In this document: positions 8,074-16,430 of the stretch, piece by piece
How positions within the stretch are numbered: the stretch's first letter is position 1
Layout of the letters: every line of letters starts with the position of its first letter
Assembly: GCA_963699545.1 (NCBI GenBank)
Contig: CAVOUE010000013.1
Coordinates: 1-16,430, forward strand
Direction: 5' to 3'
From: Nitrospirota bacterium
Lineage (GTDB): Bacteria; Nitrospirota; Thermodesulfovibrionia; Thermodesulfovibrionales; UBA9159
Length of the DNA stretch: 16,430 nucleotides
The notes under the pieces: generated by a model
What the model saw: the letters and a program-made list of their open reading frames with translations, nothing else
The model's database searches: none
Told to the model about the DNA's origin: nothing
Translations under genes and position numbers: made by a program

Positions 8074-8844
8074 CTAGCGGCGCCTTTTCGTCATTCTGTG
8101 TCTCATGGCCCTCATGCTCATGTTGGGATTCCGGAGCTTGCCTCTGCTGTTGATCCTGTATTCTTCGAGTTCGTCCGCGAAAGTCCTGCCCTCTCTCTTG
8201 TTTGCTTGGGTCCTTTTCTTTACCTCGCCATGGACAAGCTGTTGGAGTATTACACCCTGCCATATGCCCTTATTTTGGCCGGATAGCTTTGAGACTAAGG
8301 TTTTCAGAAAAGGCAGGTAGCCAAAATTGTCGGTGAAAGTATCCACGTAGGCGGTTGCCCAAGCAGACAATTCTGATTCTTTTGTCAGACCCTGATGAAT
8401 TGCCAGAAAGGAAAGTTCAAACTGCGACTGGTTCTGTTGCGCGAATTCTTTCTTGATCAGTTCAGGAATTGTTTGGTAGTCAATTGCGATTCCTTTATTT
8501 CTGAGGCTCCTGATGAGCGACTGTTTGTCCTCCTCGGGTATAGCGATGAGTTCCGTCTCCTTAGGCCACTGTGCCTGAGTATCCCGATATGTTTGGCAGA
8601 AAGTCCCGAGTTCAGGCCCCGCTTGGCTTCTAAGCGCCTCCCAAAAAGTTCTTCTTTCCCGACGATGCTTGGCGAAAAAAAAACCGAACAGGGTAGGTCC
8701 TACAATGATTATGAAAGTAATAGCACTGCCCAGGGCAAGAGAAATGCCGTACGCTTGTTCCATGAGACTGAGCAAGAACTGCAGAAACTTCAATAGAAGC
8801 CCAAGTAACAGAATGGCGGCGACAAACGAGAAGCAACCGGACAT
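8074..8844 (-). CDS. Hypothetical membrane protein with two N-terminal hydrophobic segments; 3' end may be frameshifted
   Basis: 256-aa ORF with SD GGAGG before ATG; AT-richer than core genes; no family recognised. Confidence 0.7.
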   Translation of the reverse strand: MSGCFSFVAAILLLGLLLKFLQFLLSLMEQAYGISLALGSAITFIIIVGPTLFGFFFAKHRRERRTFWEALRSQAGPELGTFCQTYRDTQAQWPKETELIAIPEEDKQSLIRSLRNKGIAIDYQTIPELIKKEFAQQNQSQFELSFLAIHQGLTKESELSAWATAYVDTFTDNFGYLPFLKTLVSKLSGQNKGIWQGVILQQLVHGEVKKRTQANKREGRTFADELEEYRINSRGKLRNPNMSMRAMRHRMTKRRR

Positions 8845-9030
8845 CGTACCTCCGTTTTAACTCCAGTCAACGTCTTACCAACTGCAAAAACTGCTGACCG
8901 TGAGCCAGAGATCCCAGCTCCTGATAATTACTATACTCCGAGGGTAGTTTTCTCCCCCACTAGAAAAATAATATCACATCCATAGTTCTTGAAAATAAAA
9001 AAACGTTTAAAGGACAGTTTCCCTCTTATA

Positions 9031-9294
9031 TCAATCCTTTTCAATGGTTATTCCGTTAGTTCCTCCATCGTTGTAGGACAGGATGTCACTCACAGTCTTT
9101 ATGCTAAGCCTCAAAACGTTTGCTATGATGGAATAATTAAACTGCGGTCTTGAAGACTCGCTAATTTCTGCCTCGTGGTTTAGGTACTCCCCAATCACTT
9201 TAGCGATTTCCAGTTTTTTGATATAGTCGGCTTTCTTACGAGAATCTGAACCTCCATACGGTTTCACTACAATATTAACCGGATATTTTGCCAA
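9031..9294 (-). CDS. Hypothetical 87-aa protein
   Basis: TTG start with SD GGGAGG and an upstream TGnTATAAT promoter; AT-rich; no family recognised. Confidence 0.65.
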   Translation of the reverse strand: MAKYPVNIVVKPYGGSDSRKKADYIKKLEIAKVIGEYLNHEAEISESSRPQFNYSIIANVLRLSIKTVSDILSYNDGGTNGITIEKD

Positions 9295-9367
9295 TTAAGC
9301 CTCCCTTTCCTGAACCTATCTCCGCCCCAAATATTTCGTCCACCGATTTCCGGTTGTACTACGCACA

Positions 9368-9376
9368 ATTATATCA
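9368..9376 (-). promoter_or_regulatory. Extended -10 promoter TG-A-TATAAT for the 87-aa gene
   Basis: Plus strand ATTATATCA equals minus strand TGATATAAT, a consensus extended -10. Confidence 0.55.
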
Positions 9377-9449
9377 GGTTTCAAAGATGTGGCGTTCAGG
9401 AAGGAGTTCTTCTTGACCATGTCACATCTACATCACTCTATTCTGACTC

Positions 9450-9710
9450 TTACCGATAGATATCCCTTCTATGTCGCACCTTGAGGATTGTTATCGTTTC
9501 CCCAGGGATATCCACTATGTACATAATTCGATAATCCCCGAAACGATACCTAAATAGACCGGCAAGATTCTCTTTGAGAGGTTTCCCGAGCTTTAGAGGG
9601 TCCTGGACCAGATATTTTGTCACGCGGTCGATGATCTTCCGTGCCGCCCCTTTGTCGAGGACTTGAAGGTCCTTCCAAACATCCTCATGCCATCGGACCT
9701 TATAGGCCAA
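9450..9710 (-). CDS. Type II toxin, RelE/ParE family
   Basis: YKVRW..., GKPLKENLAGLFRYRFGDYRIMY, VRHRRDIYR; overlaps the antitoxin 3' end. Confidence 0.92.
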   Translation of the reverse strand: MAYKVRWHEDVWKDLQVLDKGAARKIIDRVTKYLVQDPLKLGKPLKENLAGLFRYRFGDYRIMYIVDIPGETITILKVRHRRDIYR

Positions 9711-9909
9711 GGCGCTTTTCCAGTTCCTTTGTGCTTAGATATTTTGCGTTCCTCTCGTTCAGCCGTTCCAGAGCGAGATATGCATCTTCGTACTCCTCAA
9801 GGTACTCACTGAGCGCTTCCCTCATGTAGTAGCTTTTCGGTCTCCTGGTCTTCTCTGAGAGTCTATTAAGCCGGCTCTCTAAATCCGCAGGTAACTTCAG
9901 GGTCAACAT
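9700..9909 (-). CDS. Ribbon-helix-helix antitoxin (RelB-like)
   Basis: MLTLKLPADLESRLNRLSEKTRRPKSYYMREALSEYLEEYEDAYLA; upstream of the toxin; SD AGGAGG. Confidence 0.9.
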   Translation of the reverse strand: MLTLKLPADLESRLNRLSEKTRRPKSYYMREALSEYLEEYEDAYLALERLNERNAKYLSTKELEKRLGL

Positions 9910-9927
9910 GGATCTCCCTCCTTGGCG

Positions 9928-9951
9928 TATTACTCTTATTACTTATAATAA
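9928..9951 (-). promoter_or_regulatory. Candidate TA promoter/operator
   Basis: TATTACT direct repeat (9928-9934, 9937-9943) and inverted repeat TTATTA-N4-TAATAA (9936-9951) overlapping a -10-like AT run just upstream of the antitoxin SD. Confidence 0.5.
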
Positions 9952-10017
9952 CATTCCACCAGAAAAAAATCCAGGCGAGAGGTCTCGACTTACAATCTCC
10001 CCCACAAACCCGGCAGC

Positions 10018-10444
10018 CTATCTCTGCAATTTCGCCTTCAGGGTAATCTCCGTGCCGCTCAGGGCCTGGGATACAGGGCATCCTTTCTTTGCGGCATCTG
10101 CGAGCTCCATAAACTTCTTCTCATCGATGCCCGGGATGTTCGCCTCCGTCTCCCAGTTCTATGAGGGTGATCTTGAACCCTTCGCCCGCCTTGTCGATAT
10201 GCACCTTTGCTGATGTCTGCACGCGCCTGGGCGCGAAGCCCGCCTGCTCCAGCATGAAAGAGAGGGCCATGGAAAAGCATCCCGCGTGCGCTGCGCCGAT
10301 GAGTTCCTCAGGGTTGGTGCCTGTGCCGTTCTCGAAGCGTGAAGCAAAGGAATAAGCTCCCTCAAAGGCGCCGCTCCCCAGCTTCATCTTCCCCTTTCCC
10401 TTGACCCCTCCTTCCCACACCGCTTCTGCCTTGCGTATCGCCAT
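10018..10444 (-). CDS. osmC: OsmC-family peroxiredoxin, one apparent frameshift at about 10152-10154
   Basis: GTNPEELIGAAHAGCFSMALS. Removing one G from a GGG run restores ...ELETEANIPGIDEKKFMELADAAKKGCPVSQALSGTEITLKAKLQR* with the second Cys, ending at 10018. Confidence 0.92.
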
Positions 10445-10499
10445 GTCATACCTCCTTAGTCATGTTCGTTATGAGTTTGTCCGTCCGTGCCGGAAGGGG

Positions 10500-11387
10500 T
10501 CAGCCTTCCCCTGCTTTCCCTATCAACACAGGACATTGGGCATGGCCGAGGATCCTCCTCGAAACACTGCCAAGCATCCCCTTGAACCCTTTCATTCCCC
10601 TGGACCCTATGGCGATGAGGTCGGGTCTCACGGTTTCAGCTTCATTGAGGATCTCCATGGAGGGATCGCCGCCCTTCGCTATCGCATGAATATTCCTGAA
10701 TCTCTTGCTCAACTTCGCCCGGGCCTCCTGGATGATCCTTTCTGATTCCGCCAGCTCCAGGGTCCTGGCCATTGCCACATCTTTCTTGATCCTTTCATCG
10801 ATCTCCATGATAAACCTTTCAGGGATATCGGAGGCCGCAGACCAGGCCACGTTCATGAGCACCACTTCGACATCCTCGGGAAACGGCATTGAAGCGAGAA
10901 GACCTGCGGTGGACTGAGAGGAAAGGGATGCGTCCGTCGCAAAGAGGACCTTCATCTTTTCAGCTGTTCCATAGGGAGCGGGCTTGGTCACAAGAACGGG
11001 TGTCGGAGAATTGATGGCAACGGACCTTGTGACACTGCCGAGAAAAAGTGATTTGATGCCCTTCAGCCCGCGTGCTCCCATGACGATCAGGTCTGCGGAG
11101 GAGTCCGTTGCGACTCTGATGATGGTCGCATCCGGAGGCCCTTCTTCTTCCACCGAACTGATCTTTGCTTCCAGAGGCCTCAATGCCCTCATGGATGCGT
11201 TGAGGATCTTGGGCGCGACTTTCTTGATCACATGCCTGATCTGTGCCCGGTAGTCATCGTCATAAGGAACTTCCGTGACGACATGGAGTATGACGATCTC
11301 ATCCCGGGGAGTGAAGCGAAACCGCGTCAGGAATTTCGCTGCGGCCTCCGAGCATTCCGACCCATCCGTGGCAAAGAGTATCTTCAT
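10500..11387 (-). CDS. Tandem-domain universal stress protein
   Basis: Two USP domains: KILFATDGS...DLIVMGARG...LGSVT...PVLV and KVLFATDAS...DLIAIGSRG...LGSVS...CPVLI. Confidence 0.93.
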   Translation of the reverse strand: MKILFATDGSECSEAAAKFLTRFRFTPRDEIVILHVVTEVPYDDDYRAQIRHVIKKVAPKILNASMRALRPLEAKISSVEEEGPPDATIIRVATDSSADLIVMGARGLKGIKSLFLGSVTRSVAINSPTPVLVTKPAPYGTAEKMKVLFATDASLSSQSTAGLLASMPFPEDVEVVLMNVAWSAASDIPERFIMEIDERIKKDVAMARTLELAESERIIQEARAKLSKRFRNIHAIAKGGDPSMEILNEAETVRPDLIAIGSRGMKGFKGMLGSVSRRILGHAQCPVLIGKAGEG

Positions 11388-11490
11388 GGTCCCCCTCCCT
11401 GTCTGCCCTTCTTATTCCCATCTTATCACACCGTTGAGGGGATTACAAAAGCGCATCTGACAGCTATAGAAAGTCACTGGAAGGTGCACG

Positions 11491-12229
11491 TCAGCTTTCC
11501 CCCAGTACTACTCTTCTTAAGTAGTATTTCCTTCTCTCTTCATCGAACCTCTCGATGGCATATCTCAGCATCGTCCTTGGCATCTCCCGGCAATACGTCG
11601 CCAAGAAGGCTTCTTCTTTTTTCTGGTCGCGCTTGCCGATCTCCCGCAGCATCCAGCCTGCCGCCTTGTGAATGAGGTCGTGGCGATCGGAGAGAAGAAT
11701 CTTTGCGATCCTGAATGTGTCGTCGAACTCACCGGCCCGGATGAACGCAAACGTGGCCATGACCGCCATCCTTCGCTCCCACATATTTTTTGAACGTGCC
11801 AGCGTGTATAAGAGCGCTCTGTCCTTATCAAGGAGATACTGGCCGAGGATGCGACCTGCGGACAGGTCTACCAGGTCCCAGTTGTTTACGTGCTTTACGT
11901 GCCGCAGATAAAAATCGAAGATTTCCCCTCTGCTTTCGTCGTCCCCCTTCCCGTACTTCTCCATCAGGATGAGAACGGCCACCAGCCTGTGCTCGTGGAT
12001 ACGGCTCGAAAGAAGGGCGGGGAGAGAACTCGAGCGGGACGGCAGCATATTTCTTTGCGAACCTGCGCTGCTCCGGAATGGTGATCCCGAGGAAGATATC
12101 CCCTTCGCCGTACTGGCCTTTTCCCGTCTTGAAAAAACGCGAAAGGATCTTCGCCTTGTCCGGATTCGCACACTTCAGCAGACCTTCTCTTATCTGCGCG
12201 ATCATCTGTTTTCCGCTCTGTTTCTTCAT
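11491..12229 (-). CDS. DNA alkylation repair protein (AlkD-like HEAT-repeat family), apparent frameshift at about 12020-12035
   Basis: N-part FFKTGKGQYGEGDIFLGI (ORF 11828..12229) continues in another frame as HEHRL, VNNWDLVDLSA, WERRMA, DLIHKAAGWMLREIGKR, MPRTMLRYAIE (ORF 11491..12171). Confidence 0.88.
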
Positions 12230-12402
12230 ATTTTCTTCACACCTCTACTTTAATCTTAAAAAAGAGCAAAAGGGAAGAGCGACCGATGACACGAGAGATG
12301 AGGACAGCCATCCCGATAGCACACATTGTGGGTATTGGGGCATGCGGTTTCGCACTTGCCTGGGCGATATACTTTATTGTTCCGTCAAAGAAAGGGAGGA
12401 TT

Positions 12403-13114
12403 ATGAATATGCCGAACAGGAGCACAATGCTCACTGCCGCCGTCCCTCCGATAGATGCAGCTGCGCCGGCCAGGACAGAGACGGCGACCTTTGCGCTGGG
12501 CTGATTCTGGGGTCCTGACGCCCGGTTCGGGCTCATCCCCGGAGTGATCCGTACCCGTGTGGGGTATGCAGGAGGGACTGCAAAGAACCCTACGTATCGC
12601 ACCCTTGGCGACCATGCGGAAACGGTTCAGATCGACTATGATCCTGCGCGCGTTTCTTATGTCCAGCTGCTGGATATCTTCTGGAAGAGTCATGTTCCAA
12701 CGAGCCGGTCCTGGTCACGGCAGTATATGTCGGCGATCTTCTATCACAACGAGGAGCAGAAAAGACTGGCTGTGGAAACAAGGGACAGGCAGGCCGCCGA
12801 AAGGAACAGGAAGATCTTTACAGAGATAATCCCCTTCACGGTATTTTACGTTGCGGAAGACTATCACCAGAAATACAGGCTGAGGCGAGACCCCGACCTC
12901 ATGCGGGAGTCAGGACCACATGTATGCGGATGAAAAAGGATTTATTTCTTCCACTGCAGCGGCTCGCATGAACGGATATTTCGAGGGAGTATGGAACTCC
13001 GGAGTCTTGCAGGAGGAGGTGGGATTGGTTTCAGGACTTGTCTCCCTGAAGGGTCGAAGAAGCTCCTGGAATCTTGTTGCGACAGGGTCCTCATCAAGGG
13101 TGCTGTTTTTATGA
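12403..13114 (+). CDS. msrA: Selenocysteine-containing peptide-methionine (S)-S-oxide reductase MsrA (UGA 12502-12504 = Sec); frameshifts in the 3' part; alternative upstream start at 12286/12298
   Basis: ETATFALG-[TGA]-FWGPDARFG reads in frame into RTRVGYAGG, PTY, GDHAETVQIDYDP, QYMSAIFY, FYVAEDYHQKY; then a frameshifted FISSTAAARMNGY extension. SD GGAGG before ATG 12403. Confidence 0.9.
12505..12543 (+). promoter_or_regulatory. Bacterial SECIS element
   Basis: Directly 3' of the UGA: UCUGGGG/CCCCGGA lower stem, UGA/UCA, GCCC/GGGC upper stem with a G-initiated GGUUC apical loop 19 nt after the UGA. Confidence 0.8.
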
Positions 13115-13219
13115 TCTCTGTCATAGCCGCTCCTTTTTCACTCGAATACACTGGGGGAAAAGGGGCGAAGAAGGTCGTACCCGTTTTCCCCGGGGCAAAC
13201 AGGGATGAGGAGGTGAAAG

Positions 13220-13405
13220 ATGAAAGAGAAAGACATACGCAAAGCGATCCTTGGAAGAGGCTTAAAACAGGGAATCCTCACCGTCGAGGAGATACATGAG
13301 GCCCTTCCCGTGGGTCCTTTCTCCCTGGACAGGATGGAAGATCTTATGGCGCTTCTGGATGAACTGGGAGTAAGAGTGGTGGACTGCAGGGAACAGCTCA
13401 ATTGA
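13220..13405 (+). CDS. Stand-alone RNA polymerase sigma-70 region 1.1 domain protein
   Basis: ILGRGLKQGILTVEEIHEALP...MEDLMALLDELGVRVVD matches the RpoD region 1.1 pattern; SD GGAGGT; stop after 61 aa. Confidence 0.8.
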   Translation: MKEKDIRKAILGRGLKQGILTVEEIHEALPVGPFSLDRMEDLMALLDELGVRVVDCREQLN

Positions 13406-13446
13406 CGCCGGCTATCGTCTGCCGCGCGCCGTTATATAGTTTTGGC

Positions 13447-13845
13447 TTATCGGGCCGAGAAACCGCCAGAGGTAAAGAGCGCCTGCCAGTGCAGCGAGAA
13501 GCAGGAGGATCATCGCGGCAACAAGAAGAGGAAAGACCTCTTCTCTTCGAGTGAACGAGACGCCGGTGTTCTTCTCACCTGGTCTCCTTCCGCAGGTGTT
13601 CGTCCCCTGGTGTTCTCTTCCGCCTTTTCATCTGAGGCCGCATGCTACAGGATGCGCCCATCCTTCTGCGCGTCGGCCTCAGTTCCTGAAGACGTTTTGT
13701 GCTCCTTCCGTCTGATCTCCAGGTACTCTGATAGCTTGAAGTCCTTGTACTCGACCTCTATCTCCGGGGCCTGCTCGATCTTCCTTCCGCATGTGCCGCA
13801 GATGTCTTTCCCGTTCAGGTCAGCGCTGCAGTGGGGACATTTCAT
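13447..13845 (-). CDS. Zn-ribbon protein with probable C-terminal TM anchor; interrupted by TAG at 13645-13647 and a frameshift; 3' end approximate
   Basis: MKCPHC...ICGTCG (two CxxC) from ATG 13845. A downstream shifted frame encodes FPLLVAAMILLLLAALAGALYLWRFL. Confidence 0.6.
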
Positions 13846-13974
13846 GGTCTGTTTCCTTTCGCCCGTCCGACTGAACAACTCTCTCCAGTATATGCATTCC
13901 GACATTCCGTTGCAAGGGCGCTGCTTTATTAAATCGGGCAAATGGTTTACAATAACCGAAAACCGGAGGGATGT

Positions 13975-14706
13975 ATGCTTTCTGAAAGGGCAAAGAAGAT
14001 AAAGCCGTCACCAACGCTTGCAATGGATGCAAAGGCAAAGGCCATGATCGCATCAGGGGTTGATGTGGTCAACTTCGGGGTAGGCGAGCCCGACTTTGAC
14101 ACCCCGGAGAATATAAAGGAAGCCGCTATTAAGGCGATCAGGGACGGCTTTACAAAATATACGCCGGTGGGAGGCATCGACGCCCTCAAGGACGCGATCA
14201 TCGGGAAATTCAGGAAGGACAACTCCCTCGAATTCGCGCGGGAAGAGATCATCGTTTCCTGCGGGGCGAAGCACAGCCTTTACAATATTGCCCAGGCCCT
14301 CTACGGTCCCGGGGATGAGGTGATCGTCCCGTCTCCGTACTGGGTTTCCTATCCCGACCAGGTCATTCTGAATGACGCACGGCCGGTTATTGTGAAGACG
14401 TACGAGAGCGACTTGTTCGTGCTTAAGCCGGAAGCGCTTGAAGCCGCGATCACGAAAAAGACAAAGGCCATCATTCTGAACTCACCCTCGAACCCTACCG
14501 GACTGACCTGTGACCGGAAGGCGCTTGAGCGGATCGCAGAGGTCGTCCTGAGGCACAATCTCTACGTGATCTCGGACGAGATCTACGAAAAGCTCGTTTA
14601 TGACGGGGCAGAGCATGTGAGCATCGCTTCTCTGGGGAGCGAGATAAAAAAGAGGACCCTTGTGGTGAACGGCCTCTCAAAATCCCATGCCATGACCGGC
14701 TGGAGA
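13975..14706 (+). CDS. Aspartate aminotransferase (class I/II PLP), truncated after the PLP-lysine motif
   Basis: GVGEPDFDTP, TKYTPVGG, GAKHSL, ILNSPSNPTG, ISDEIY, NGLSKSHAMTGWR; similarity stops abruptly at 14706; SD GGAGG at 13965-13969. Confidence 0.93.
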
Positions 14707-15370
14707 TGGTCGAGGAGGGGTTAGTGCCGGCGCTCGGGGAGAACTCCGGCAAGGTCGTGCTGTGCGCCAGCACGTGCGACCCGGATCGGATCGCGGCATT
14801 GGGCGCGCGTGTTGTGCAACGCGGCCTTTGCTTCCTCGAGACCCCGGTGTCGGGCACGAGCGAGCAGGTGAGGCGCGGCCAAGGCGTCGGCCTGATCGGC
14901 GGCGATCGCGAGGTCGCTGCCAGGATTGCGCCTGTCCTTCGCGCGCTGTTTGCGAGCTATTTTTCCATGTCGGCCGGATCGCGACGGAGGACGCGCGAAG
15001 CTCGCAATCAACCTGATACTCGGCCTCAACCGCCTGGCGCTTGCCGAAGGCCTGGTGTTCGCCGCGCGCCTCGGGCTGGATCCCGGGGGCATTCCTGCCG
15101 ATTGCGCGCGCCTCTGCCGCCTATTCGCAGGTTATGGACACAAGGGCCCGAAGATGCTGGAGCGCGACTTCACGCCCGAAGGCCGCGTGCGGACGGACAC
15201 CCTCAAGGATGCGACCTCATGCTCGACCAGGCCGTGCGGTGCGCCAGCCTGACCGCCGCTCCCTGGAGATCCATGCCGACGTGCTCGAAGCTTGCGTGCG
15301 TGCCGGCGAAGGCGACTGCGACAACAGCATCGTCATCGAGGAGATCGAGCGGCGGAGGTTGGGGGCGTGA
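14707..15370 (+). pseudogene. 5'-truncated, multiply frameshifted NAD(P)-dependent oxidoreductase (3-hydroxyisobutyrate/6-phosphogluconate dehydrogenase-like family)
   Basis: Pieces in different frames: CASTCDPD, FLETPVSGTS, AKLAINLILGLNRLALAEGLVFA, SAAYSQVMD, KGPKMLERDFTPEGR, GEGDCDNSIVIEEI; visibly more GC-rich than upstream genes. Confidence 0.8.
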
Positions 15371-15555
15371 GCGTGCGCGAGAGCGCGTTTCCAGCGGCGC
15401 AGGGTTGTCGGAGGAAGGGATTGCCCGGGCACTGACTTTGCGTTGCGGCCTCGCTGTTTGCAACGGCCCTCGATGTCTCTAAGGACAGCCAGCTCTGCGG
15501 GAGCCCCTTGACCGGAGCACCGTCAGATGGCTGTATTGGGTGGGCTTTCGACGGG

Positions 15556-15599
15556 TTTTGAGCGCGTTAAGGGTCGAGAGGGTCTGTTCACTTGAGCAT
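15556..15599 (-). pseudogene. istB: 5' stub of IS21 helper ATPase istB
   Basis: SD AGGAGG (15607-15612) then ATG 15599. With one A removed it reads MLSEQTLSTLNALK, resembling IstB N-termini, downstream of istA; breaks off at about 15555. Confidence 0.6.
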
Positions 15600-15737
15600 A
15601 GATTTTCCTCCTAAGTGTTTATTTCTTTTTTCCTTTTGGAATTTTCTAAAATTGGGGGATAGCTTTTCCCTAGGGTTGCTTTGAGATCGTTGATTCTAGA
15701 GGCACCTTGGAGCGTATTTTTTCGGTCTCTGTTTCTT

Positions 15738-16430
15738 TCAGTGGTAGTAGCGGGGACCACGGATGTTTTCGTGATCAACAAGAGCCGGCTCAGATCTCTT
15801 GTCGTTTTTCTCCAAGCGGTCCAGTCCCGCACTTAAGATGTTTCTGAGCGACTTAAACGATAGGGCGCCAAACCGAAGTGCCCGCACAGCCGCGGTCTCC
15901 AGACGTTTTTGGAATAATGTCTTTTCTAGCCGCAGGATGCCTAAGCAGGAGCGGTAGGCCTGTTCGGGATGAGTACGGCTTGAGATGATCTTTTGGACCA
16001 GTTCGGCGGTTTTGGGACCGATCTTATTGGCCCAGTCGATGATGCGAGACGGAGTCCACTCCAGGTAGTGCTGGTGGGAGGGCGGCATGTGTTTGGTGCG
16101 GGTGGTGTGGCTATAGGGGGTGAAGTTTCTTACATGGGCCGCCACCCTTTCTCCCTTCAGGAAGGCCTCCACCGTGTGGGCGGTCAGCCGGACATGGAGT
16201 TTTTCTCGCAAGAGCTTGTAGGAAACGCTGTAGTAATGTCTTTCTACCTCGATGTGGTAGTCGATATTGACGGTGGCCACTTTCCACTCGGCATATTCGT
16301 AGGATCGCTCGGGAAGGGATCGAGCCTGGGGGCGATCGAACAGATTGAAAAGCTCGCCCCGCGACTTCTTTAGCTTACGAAGGGCTCGACTGTTTAAGCG
16401 CTCGAGCAGTTTTGCGATGGCGGTATTGAG
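15738..16430 (-). mobile_element. istA: IS21-family transposase IstA, C-terminal part, with frameshifts; 5' end outside window
   Basis: LNTAIAKLLERLNSR..., YEYAEWKVATVNIDYHIEVERHYYSV, HMPPSHQ, HPEQAYRSCLGILRL, HENIRGPRYYH. Confidence 0.92.

Noticed and set aside
10152-13060. Frameshifts in osmC, the AlkD-like gene and the msrA 3' part as programmed frameshifting or true pseudogenes
   Set aside because: Indels fall in short runs, catalytic motifs are intact on both sides, and their density rises toward the window end. Sequencing error is the simpler explanation; reads are needed to confirm.
13128-13167. Hairpin CGCTCCTTTT...AAAAGGGGCG after msrA as an intrinsic terminator
   Set aside because: Large loop and no following U-tract, so support is insufficient.
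13645-13647. In-frame TAG in the Zn-ribbon gene as pyrrolysine or stop readthrough
   Set aside because: It lies in a low-complexity linker rather than a catalytic position, a further frameshift is still needed to reach the TM segment, and the region is error-rich.
14706-15482. 258-aa ORF as a novel protein or a real aminotransferase-dehydrogenase fusion
   Set aside because: It is a 5'-truncated dehydrogenase that drifts out of frame after about 14965, starting at a probable chimeric junction.

Overview
Bacterial chromosomal window. The gene set and protein style suggest an anaerobic Nitrospirota/Deltaproteobacteria-like organism (inference). Left to right: the end of an Ehr-type hydrogenase-related complex; scpA; rplI-dnaB-mobA-tatA-alr; an uncharacterised PA2779-family / C39 peptidase / TPR-lipoprotein triad; an AT-richer accessory patch (about 7.8-10 kb) with a degenerate integron attC-like site, two orphan genes and a RelBE-type TA pair; a stress/repair cluster (osmC, tandem USP, AlkD-like, and a selenocysteine MsrA with in-frame UGA plus SECIS that the ORF track splits); a stand-alone sigma-70 region 1.1 protein; a Zn-ribbon membrane protein; and an aspartate aminotransferase cut off at 14706. 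After that come a GC-rich NAD(P)-dependent dehydrogenase fragment and IS21 istA/istB fragments, joined at abrupt junctions. Frameshifts become frequent right of about 10 kb, so many broken genes and the last 1.7 kb are probably sequencing or assembly artefacts.
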